A stretch of 64,000 bases of DNA, taken from assembly GCF_009914755.1 (NCBI RefSeq), contig NC_060936.1; one strand, 5' to 3'. The DNA comes from the human T2T-CHM13v2.0 reference genome, Homo sapiens. A model generated the notes under the pieces. That model was not told the DNA's origin. It saw only the letters and a list, made by a program, of their open reading frames with translations, and made no database searches. Positions 53,574 to 64,000 of the stretch are shown here, in pieces. The translations under genes were made by a program, and so were the position numbers. Every line of letters begins with the position of its first letter. The first letter of the stretch is position 1.

Positions 53574-56061
53574 AATTTCATTCTTTTTTATGGCTGCATA
53601 GTATGCCATGGTGTATATGTTCCATATTTTCTTTATTCAATCTACCATTGATGGGCACCTGGGTTAATTCTATTTCTTTGCTGTTGTGAGTAGTATGGTG
53701 ATGAATATACAAGTGCATGTGTCTTTCAGTAGGACGATTTATTTTCTTGCGTGTGTATGCAAGGTAACGGGATTGCTGGGTCGAATGGTAACTCTGTTTT
53801 AAGTACTTTGAGAAATCTCCAGCCTGCTTTCCACAGTGGCTGAACTAATTTACATTCCCACCAACACTGTATAGGCATTCTCTTTTCTCCTCAGCCTCAT
53901 CAGCATAAGTTGATTTTTGACATTTTAATAATAGTCATTGTGACTGGTGTGAGATGGCATCTCATTGTTGCTTTGATTTGCCTTTCTCTGATGATTAGTG
54001 ATGACAAGCATTTTTTAGTGTGTTTGTTGGCCACTTGCATGTCTTCTTTTTCGACATGCCTGTTCATGTCCTTTGCTCATTTTTAATGGAATTATTTGTT
54101 TTTTAATTGTTGCTTTATAAGTTCCTTATAAATGCTGGATATTAGACCTTTGTTCGATGTGTGGTATGCATATATCATCTTCCATTCTGCAGATTGTCTG
54201 TTTCCTCTGTTGAGAGTTGCTATTGCTGTGCAGAGGCCCAATGGTTTAATTCGATCTCACTCATCTATTTTTCTTTTTGTTGCAGTGCCTTTGGGGACTT
54301 AGCCAAAAATTATTTGCCAAGGCCAATGTTGAGAAGAGTATTTCTTAGTTTGTCCTCCAGAATTTTTACAGTTTTATGTTTTACGTTTAAATCTTAAATC
54401 CATATTGAGTTAATTTTCTATATGGTAAAATGCATGGCATCCAGCTTCAATCTTCTGCATATGGCTACCCAGTTATTCCAGCACCGTTTATTATTCAGCA
54501 ATAGGGATTCCGTTCCCCACTACTTGTTTTGGCCTGTTCTGTCAAAGATCAGATAATTGTGAATATGCAGTTATTTCTGAGTTTTGTATTCTTATTCATT
54601 GGTCCATATGTTTGTTTTTGTACCAGTACCATGCTGTTTTTGTTACTGTGGCTTTATAATATAGTTTGAAATCAAATAGTGTGATGCCTCTGGGTTTGTT
54701 CTTTTTGCTTAGGATTGCTTTGGCTATTTGTGTTCTTTTTTGGTTCCATATACATTTTAGAGTAGTTTCCTCTAATTCAGTAAAATATGGCATCGTAGTT
54801 TTATAGAAATAGCATTTAATCCATAAATTGCTTTGGACATTATAGCTACTTTAATGATATTGATTCTTCCAGTCTACGGACATGGAATGGTTTTCCATTT
54901 ATTTGTAATGACTCTGACTTCTTTCAGCAGTGTTTTGTAGTTCTCATTGCAGAGATCATTCCTCTCTTTGACTAGGTGTATGTCCAGGGATTTCATGTTC
55001 TGTAATTGTAGGTTGAATTGGGTTCTTGATTGCACTCTCAGCCTAAATGTTGTTAGTGTATAGAAGTGCTACTGATTTTTGTACATTGACTTGGTACCCT
55101 GAAACTTTACTAAAGTCACTTACAAATTATAGGAACCTTTTGGCAGACTCTTTAGTATCTTCTAGGTATAGAATTATATTGTCAGCAAAGAGAGTTTTAT
55201 ATTTTATATTTTCTTTTCCTATTTGGTTACCTTTTATCCCTTATTTTGTCTGATTGCTCTAGTTAGGACTTCCAGTACTATGTTGAATAGGAGTGATAAG
55301 AATGGGCATTCTTGTCTTATTCTAGTTCTCAGTGGGAATGGTTCTAGCTTTTGTCCATTCAGCATGATGATGGGGATGGGTTTGTTATAGATGGCCCTAT
55401 TAGTTTGAGGTATGTTCCTTTGATGTCTAGTCTGTTGAGGGTTTTTATTATAAAGGGATGTTTGATCTTATTGAAAGCTTTTTTTGTGTTTCTATTGAGA
55501 TGATTATATAGTTTTTGCTTTTGATTCTGTTTATGTAGTGAATGACATTTATTGATTTGTGTATATTGAACTAGCCTTGCATCCCAGGAGTAAAGCCTAC
55601 TTGACAGTGGTATATTAACATTTTGATGTGCTGCTGGATTTGGTTGGCTAGTATTTTGTTGAGGATTTGTGTGTCTATGTTCATGAGGGATTTTTTATAT
55701 TGGTCTGAAGTTTTCTTTTTTTACTTTGTGTTTGATAGAATTTAGTATCAGTCTGATGTTGGTTTCATAGAATGAGTGTGTGTGGAGCCCCTCCTCTTCG
55801 ATTTTTTGCAATACTTTCAGTAGGATTGGTATCAGTTCTTTTTACATCTGGTAGAATTCAGCTGTGAATCCATATGGTTCAGTGCTTTTTTTGATTTGTA
55901 GGTTATCTATTACTGATTCAATTTCACAAGTTGATATTGGTCTATTTATGGTTTCAATCTCTTCCTGATTCAATCTTGGAAGACTGTGTGCTTCCTGGAA
56001 ACTATTCATTTTCTCTAGACTTTCTCATTTGTATATACACTTATTCATAGTAATCTCTAAC

Positions 56062-56550
56062 TGTTGGGAACAGGCCCCAAAATTTGGCCATAAACTGGCC
56101 CCAAAACTGGCCATAAACAAAATCTCTGCAGCACTGTGACATGCTCATGATGACCTTGACACACACGCTGGAAGGTTGTCAGTTTACTGGAATGAGGGCA
56201 AGGAACACCTGGCCCACCCAGAGCAGAAAACCACTTAAGGCATTCTTAAACCACAAACAATAGCATGAGCAATCTGTGCCTTAAGGACATGTTCATGCTG
56301 CAGTTAACTAGCCAGAGCCCATCCCTTTATTTCAGCCCATTCCTTTATTTCCCGTAAGGAATACTTTTAGTAAATCTTATGACTGACTTGCTGTCAATAA
56401 ATATGTGGGTAAATCTCTGTTCAAGGCTCTCGGCTCTGAAGGCTGTGAGACCCCTGATTTCCCACTCCAAACTCTATATTTCTGTGTGTGTGTCTTTAAG
56501 TCCTCTAGTGCTGCTGGGTTAGGGTCTTCATGACCAAGCTGGTCTTAGCA
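56062..56550 (+). mobile_element. MER9 (HERV-K9/HML-3) solo LTR inserted in L1
   Basis: tgttgggaacaggccccaaaatttggccataaactggccccaaaactggccataaac...ctggtcttagca. TSD CTAAC at 56057-56061 / 56551-56555. Confidence 0.92.
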
Positions 56551-59500
56551 CTAACAATCTTTTTTACTTCTGTAAAATCAGTTGTAATATCTCCTTTGTT
56601 GTTTCCAATTGTGCTTATTTGAATCTTTTCTTTCTTTTTATTTGATAATCTAGCTAGAGGCCTATCAATCTTATTTATTTTTTTCAAATAACCAACTCTT
56701 AGTTTTATTCATCTTTGTATGGATGTTTGCTTCTCAATTTCATTAGGTTCTCTAATTTTAGTAATTTCTTTTATTCAAACAGCTCTGGTGTTGGTTTGTT
56801 CTTTTTTTTATAGTTCCTTTAGGTGCAAAGTTAGATTGTTAATTTGATAACTTTCTAACTTCTTGATGAAGGCATTTATGGCTATTAAGTTTCCTCTTAA
56901 CACTGCTTTGGCTGCATCCCAGAGATTTTGGTAAGTTGTGTCCTTATTTTTGTTAATTTCAAATAACATTTTTCCTGTCTTAATTTAAATCTTCATCCAG
57001 GAATTATTCATAAGTTATTTTGTTTTCATGTAGCTATGTGGTTTTGAGGGATCTTCTTGGTATTTTCTGTTTTTACTGCAGTGTCATTCAAGTGTGTGCT
57101 TGATATGCTTTCAATTTATTTGAATTTATTGAGGCTTGCTTTAAGACTGATCATGTAGTTTATCTTAGACTATGCTCTTTTTTGCAGATGAGAAGAATAT
57201 ATATTCTATGGTTGTTGGGCGGAATGTTCTGTAGATGTCTATTAGGTCCAATTGTTCAAATGTCAAGTTTAAGTCCAGAGTTTCTTTGTTAACTTTTTGC
57301 CTCAATGATCTGTCTAATGCTGTCAATGGTGTATTAAAGACACCCACTATTATTGTCTGGTTGTCTAAGTTATTCATAGGCCAAGAAGTTGTTCTATGAA
57401 TCTGGGTGCTCTAATGGTGGCAATGGTGAGTATATATATTTACTTAGCATGGTTAAGGCTTCTTGTTGGATTATACTCTTTATCATTATGTAATTCCCTT
57501 CATTGTCCTTCTTAATTTTATTGGCTTAAAATCTGTTTTATCTACTATAACAATAGTGACTTCTGCTCTTTTCTGTTTTCTGTTTGCATAATAGATCTTA
57601 CACCACCCTTTTACTTTGATCCTGTTGGTGCCATTACATGTGAGATGGGTCTCTTGAAGATGGTTGGGTCTTGTCTCTTTATCCTGCCTGATGCTCTATG
57701 TCTTTTAAGTGCGGGTGTTTAGCCCTTTTACATTGAAGTTTAGTATTGATATGTGTAATTTTAATCCTGTCATTATGTTGTTAGTTGGTTGTTATATAGA
57801 CTTGATCGTATAGTTGCTTTATTGTGCTTGTGGGCTATGTGCTTAAGCATGCTTTTGTGGTAGCAGGTGTCATTGTTTCAAATCCATGTTCAGCACTCCA
57901 TTAAAGACTTCTTGTAAGGTTGGTCTAGTTGAAATATATTCCTTCAGCATTTACTTGTCAGAGGAGGATTTTATTTGTCCTTCACTTCTGAAACTTAGTT
58001 CCTTTGTGTATCCTTGCATTTGCAATTGTGTTCTCAGGTGTGAAGGGGAAGGAGGTGACCCTCTCACCACATCTGCTTATGGGTTTTGGAGGAGTCACCT
58101 CTGATAACTGGCATTGTGCCTACAATTTTGTTGTTGTCAGGTTTTTCAGGCCATGGAGCTCCCTTTGGGAGAGGTCTGATAGGCCACACCTTTACCACCC
58201 CAGCCCTGTATAGGGAGGCATGCCTAAATCCCAAACCAGCCCACAAACCTGTGTGACTCAGACCTCTCAGTTTTCTGAGCGTGTGGGCTCCTCTCTGATT
58301 GAAGTCCCAGCTCAGCACTCTTGAGCTGCAAGCTGCAGCCATGGGGCACCAGGACCTGCTCACAATTCCCTCCTTTAGATAGTCTGAGTTGGTTTCCAGG
58401 TGCAGTTGGAGATCTGAAGGGCTCAAGGCTGCTGGAAGGCACTCAGGTGGAGCAAATTTACCCAGGCTGGGAAGTGGAGGCTGTACAGTGAACATGCCCT
58501 TACAGCATAGACAGGCAGTGTCCCTGAGAGTGGCTAGTGGGAAAGCATATCTGCAGGACAGATATGCCTCAGGCCCACAGAGAAAGAGATCATGCTTTGT
58601 CTCTGTCAGTTAGTTGATGCCCAGGCCTCTCAGAGGGAGACTGGCAGCACTTGGGGGTGGGTGCTTATAGCTGGGCTTCACCAGAGCTGACTCACACTCT
58701 AAGGTCCCTAGCGGCATGCTTGCTACAGATCCAACTCCATCTAATCTCTGGGGAGATGTCCCTGCCAGCTCATCCATTCATGGGGTTGTGGGATGCCTAA
58801 AAGCAGCTAGGATCCCAGAGGTCTGTGCTGAGAGTGGCAGTTCCCCAGTCCCTTCATTCACCCTTCTTCAGGTACTGCCTGAGGCCAGGAACTAGACATA
58901 GCATTCAAGTATCCCACACAGGGTTCCCAGTTTTTTCCCCATTCAGCCTCAGTGACTGAGTCTTTTCTCCATTCACATGTGGCATTTTCTCTCTGAAAAT
59001 CTGTACAAACTATGTTGGTATAGTCAAAACCATGGTCTCTCTCTGTGGGAGCAGCACTCCCCAGTTGCATCTAGCTGGCCATCTTGGAGAAAGTCTCTGG
59101 GTTGATTTCTATTGTGATTTTTCTCTTCTTTTCGGATAATATTTTCCTTTTTTTCTTCAACATGTCTGGTAATTTTTTATTGAGTGCAAGACATTGTGAT
59201 TTTACCTTGTTAAGTGTTGGATATTTTTGCTTTTTTATAATTATTTTTACAATCTGTTTTGCAATAAAGTTATTTAACCATTTTTGACATGGTTTTTATA
59301 ATCTGGCAGGTAAAACTGGGGCAGCTTTTATTCTAAGGCTAATTATTTCCCACCACTGAGGTAAGAATCTTCTGAGCATTCTACCAAATGAACCATGAGC
59401 TTGACTCTTAGTTTGTGATAATTAATGCAGTTTCTCTCTTTTGGTTAAAAACTTACATTGAAAAAAGTCTAATATATGTATTTTTTCTGTTTCCTAATGC

Positions 59501-61029
59501 CTAGCTTGATGCTTTTGAACAGAATCTTTAGTCAAGGTGCTATTAGTTGCAAATGATAGAAAGTTCAATTCACAATACTTAAACACATTGGTTCACACAT
59601 CACAGGGGTAACAGGCTTCAGATTCAGTGTGACCCAGCATCTCAGGTATTGATGCACAAGAATGTGACTCTTTCTACCTCTTGACCCTGTGTTTCTTGAT
59701 TTTGAATTTACTCCCAGAAATCCCTTTATCTTAAAAGGCTCCTAGCACCTGCTAACCTGAATCCACATAGTTTAGAAAGCCCAGGGGAAAGATATATTAT
59801 ATATTTATTTGTCTTCGAAATAGTTCCAGACAATGTTTTGAGATTTAATCTCACTAATATGTCTTGGGTTGCCTGATCACACTTGAATCAATCATTGTGG
59901 ATATATGGAATATTCTGATATTTTTATTTATCAGGCTTGCATCACATGCCCAATTTAAAACCTGGGTAGATGAAATGAACCCAGTCTCATTCAGGATACA
60001 TGGGCTGATAACAGAAAAAAATAGTATCTGAAGGAAAACCACAGTGGTGTTGTTAAAAGATATGGAGAGAGAGACTGCATAGACAAAAGCAATCACTATT
60101 ACTAGGTATTGATTTGAGCCAATCCTTGTGAGACCATCAGAACCTCTTCAGTTAATTATACACAATATTATTGTTTCTACATTCATACCCCTGTGAACCA
60201 TTTGGTACATTCCCCTGATCCCATCCTTCACTAATATTCACATGTGTATATATAATCTCCCTGGGAAGCCTGGACTATTAAAATGTAAAGGCCTGTCTTG
60301 TACTTTATTTAGATTTGTCCTCTACATGCTAAGAATGACTCTGGGCAAAAGATATATATTCACGGAACATTTATTGTATAAGTGAATTAATGAATGTGAT
60401 TCTTATGCATATACTAAATGTCAATGTCTTTCCTTTCTTAGCTTGATTGCCATTGTTTTCAAATATTGACTCTAAAATTGTTATTTGCTTTTCATAAGGA
60501 GCTATTGATTGCATGTTCAAAACCAATAGCAAACAAATTATCTTCAGATTTGAGAATGATAATGTCTACCTCATCAAGGTTGTAAGAATGTCAAATAAGC
60601 AATCATGTGTAAAGTATTTAGATCAGCACCTAATACATAGCACTTCGTATATTTTAGATAATATAAATATCTGTAATTCTGACACCTTCAATTTCATCTT
60701 TTTAGGATTTGAAATAGAATAATAAGGGCCTAATTTGCAAAGTGGTACGTGGAACCTACTTAGCCACTGAGATAATGCTAGGACTACAAATGAGAAAACC
60801 ACTACAATATCCATCTGTTTTGTAAAATCTGGTGAGAGCAGATTATTAAGTGTTTGATGTACTGACATTTGTGAACTCTGTTGCCCATTGTATCTGGCTG
60901 TTGTTCTTTCCCTTCAGAAATATATAAAAATAGGCACATCTACAGAAATCCCTTCTTGAAACTTTAATCATGAATCTTGAATCTTTAATCATTCCTTAAT
61001 TCATTTCTTGAATTAATATTGTTGAATGC

Positions 61030-61250
61030 CTATTATGATAATAGCTACAATCATTGAGTACTTAAGTATGTACCAACACAATTAGAAGTACTTTACATAG
61101 TTTAACTGTTTTAATCTCCACCGCAACCCTATATGACAAGAGCTATTATTATCCTCATTTTTAAGATGAGGGAATTGAAGCACCTCTTTTAAAGTGCATT
61201 GCCCAAGGTTACACTGGAAATAGTGGCTCACATGGAGCTGTTGATCTACA
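61030..61250 (-). mobile_element. MIR fragment
   Basis: ctattattatcctcatttttaagatgagggaattgaagc...ttgcccaaggttacac. Confidence 0.65.
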
Positions 61251-61259
61251 GTGAGCAAA

Positions 61260-61670
61260 GCATCCCTACTCTCTTGCTGCCTCCCCTAGAGAAATTTCCT
61301 CTCCCAGACTTCCTTGCAGGCAGGGGTGGCTATGGGACGCACATATGTCCAGATAAACATAGTATTCAGTGTGACAAGCATGCTTCAGGGGAAGCTTTTA
61401 CTTTTTCAATTAATAGGGACCAGCATACTCAATCTCCCATCTGCTCTCCACTTCTTCCTGCTTTGAACAGGAACACATTGCCTGCTATAGTGACCGGCAT
61501 CTTGTTACCATTAGGGCGTGTCCAAGCCTGTTGCAAAGATGCCACCTGATCTCATTGGGTTACGGAGCCAAAGCCTGCACCTCCATTACTCCAGACTTCT
61601 ATTTATATGGGGATAAAACGGGACATTTACTGGTGTAACTCACTCTATCAGGTTTTCTGTTAGTTGTGTT
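61260..61670 (+). mobile_element. Old ERVL LTR fragment (LTR33/LTR16-like)
   Basis: tcccagacttccttgcaggcaggggtggctatgggac...cttcttcctgctttgaacagg. Subfamily uncertain. Confidence 0.45.
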
Positions 61671-62290
61671 GTTAAAAGATATGGAGTTAGTGTAGTTAAA
61701 CATAATTGTCAATGAAACAAGTTGACTGAGCCTGGATTCCAAGCCAGGGAGTCTGGTTGCAGAACCCATGCACTTATCCTTCATTCTGACATTCCTCTCA
61801 AGTGACCAACACTATTCCAGGGCCTGGGGGTGGATGGAGATCAGAAAGTACATGGTGCATACCCTCATAATACTTGCAGCCTAATGTTTTCCAATGTTCA
61901 AAATTATAAAGCAAAACTATATTCATAATTACAAATTGTGGAAAGCTATGTGGAGAAAGACTGAGTGCTTTGAGAGAGAATGATTCAGGGCCGCTCAGGA
62001 TGAAAAGGTAAACTGACACTTGTTACCTTTTAAAATTTCTCTGATGTGAGAGTTTAGGGGAAAGATTCCATGGGCACTAGAAGCAGAGGTGGTGGGACAT
62101 TGCTGGTGGCAAATTCTGGTGTGGAGTTGTTTCTATTCAGTGGTTGGCCTTTCTTTCTTTATGTGTGCTGTTATTCTTGTAAATCTGAGCAAAAGCAAGA
62201 ACTTCATTTAACTTAATATTCAGCTTAGACAAGAATATGGCCATTTCCAAAACAAATGTTCTGTGGACATTTCGAAAAAATAGTGAATAA

Positions 62291-62640
62291 GACCAGGTAC
62301 AGTGGTTCACACCTGTAATCCCAGCAATTTGGGAGACCAAGGCAGGAGGACAGCTTGTGTACAGGAGTTCAAGACCAGCTTCGGCAACATGACAAAACCC
62401 TGTCTCTACAAAAAACAAAAAATAAAAAAATTAACCTCACATAGTGGCACGTGCCTTTAGTCTCAGCCACTCGAGAGGCTGAGCTGGGAGGATCACTTGA
62501 GCCTGGGAGGTCAAGGCACCAGTGAGCAGCCATTGGGCTACTGCACTTCAGCCTGGGAGAAAGAGAGAGAGAGAGAGAGAGGAAGGGAGGGAGGGAGGGA
62601 GGGAGGGAGGAAGGAAGGAAGGAAGAAAAAAAAATAAACA
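62291..62640 (+). mobile_element. AluJ with (GA)n(GGGA)n(GGAA)n tail
   Basis: Degenerate forward Alu followed by a purine-rich simple repeat. Confidence 0.9.
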
Positions 62641-64000
62641 AAAAATATGATCTGATTGCGCTGTGTTAGATGTCGCTGTGAGTATTTGCAAGATTCTATG
62701 GGTGGTGAGGCTGAGTAAAGCAGGAAATCTCGAGCTTGTAGTAACTGGCCTTGCTGTGCTGGTGGCTGACTGAGACTGTCTTAGTCCAGCAAGCCTGCTT
62801 GGTCATCTCAGTTTAGGACAGAATACCATCCAATGGCTCGTAATAGTCTCTTTGCTGTGAGTGTAACAACTCTTTTAAATTGCATAGGAAAGAAAGGCAG
62901 CATGGTAGCTGAGTTAGTCACTCTCCTGCCCCTCCTACAATTTTCATATTTGCTATCCTGCTATATTCTTTTTAAGTCATAAAAGTTTTGTTCATGGCCA
63001 TTGTCACTGGAAAAGCTGCTTTGGTTCCTCTCGATGTTGTGGCAGTTTGAGAAGATAGTTCTGGCCTCACCATCACACTCTGCAATTCAGGCCACGTCCA
63101 TACATCTCCTAAATATCCCATGTGTCATTGTGCCCCTTCCCAAATCTGTTCTGACTGAGCACCCAATCTCTGAGTGTCTGGAAGCCAGAAGCCCACACTA
63201 AGGAGTGAAAACCTACAGCAGAAATTCTCCTGGGATCAACTTTCCTCTGCCCAGAATGGGGGAGGCCTGGATCCTAATCTCAAGAAGAAGTAACTATTTC
63301 GAGTCCTTCCTATTAAAAGAATATTTCCTAAACCATATTCATATGCCACCACCATAATGATTGCCAATTCCATGGACCTCTTGCATTCACCTTCTTGATA
63401 CTTTTCTTTAAGTAAACCAACTTTATAACTTAACAACAAATGCTAGCTTAATTCAAAGTCATAAATACGATCACATAATATCATGCTCTTTAGTATTTTT
63501 AATACGCATAAAAATAATTAACTATTAAAATGAAATGTTTATCCGTGTACCCCCTGACATTATTCTGAATATCAACACATTTTAATTCTGCCCTAAGAAC
63601 ATGTCTCCTGTTTCTTATTCTAGTTGGCCAGCTTTATGTCTCTAAATTCAAGTAGGATCCAGTCCGTGGTTCTCTCAATTTCTTTCCGAGGGTCTGTTTG
63701 AATCACAGTCTTTTGTGTTTCTGCCTATTTTTTTAAAATACTTTGGTTGGTCTTTTCCTTTTGCAGCAGAGACCTCAGAGGTTAGTTCTTAGGAAACAGA
63801 GCTGGGTCCTCAGAAACATCCTTCCTCCTTTAACTTGTTCAAAGGAGCCCCTCAGCCTCCATCTATTTGTTGATTTTTGAAAACCTTAACAATGCTGAGT
63901 TCTGTGTTTCCTCACATTTCATTTTCTCCTAGTCAGAGGTTGAATTTAAGTTTACCTCTATCGTAAGAACTTCAAGGTAGACAGAAGAGCCTTAAAGTTG

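Larger units (their letters stand above)
52958..59095 (-). mobile_element. 5'-intact L1 (older L1PA/L1PB) lacking most of ORF1, inserted into an older L1M
   Basis: 3' end at ~52960. Decayed ORF2 (54596-54793; 57165-57377 endonuclease TIIVG.FNTPL) with its start near 57773. Only the ORF1 C-terminus remains (~57885-58000), then a GC-richer 5'UTR ending ggccatcttgg (reverse of ccaagatggcc). TSD TCTGGGTTGA(C/T)TT at ~52944-52956 / 59096-59108. Confidence 0.88.

Overview
This is primate, human-like non-coding genomic DNA (intronic or intergenic). I find no credible protein-coding exon, tRNA, rRNA or CRISPR array. Roughly half the window is interspersed repeat: about 19 Alus, several L1s (one 5'-intact ~6 kb copy lacking most of ORF1), L2/MIR, MaLR and ERV solo LTRs (MER21, MLT1, THE1, MSTA, MER4, LTR10A, MER9) and MER58 DNA-transposon relics, often nested with intact target-site duplications (TSDs). 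Two things stand out. The first is an ungapped 259-bp inverted repeat (15183-15441 / 16120-16378, 17 mismatches, 678-bp spacer) in sequence I do not recognise as a transposon; each arm carries a perfect CRE (TGACGTCA), and the pair could form a long dsRNA hairpin or an invertible segment. The second is a ~3.1-kb almost pure C/T (CCT/TCTCC) repeat at ~49510-52610 with higher-order structure, which also explains the two spurious >1000-aa ORFs. Smaller points are templated-insertion scars, a four-layer nested insertion containing an AP-1-bearing LTR10A, a palindromic 27-bp minisatellite and an A31(TA)25 expansion inside an Alu. Repeat subfamily names come from my recall of consensus sequences. 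Boundaries of old repeats are approximate.
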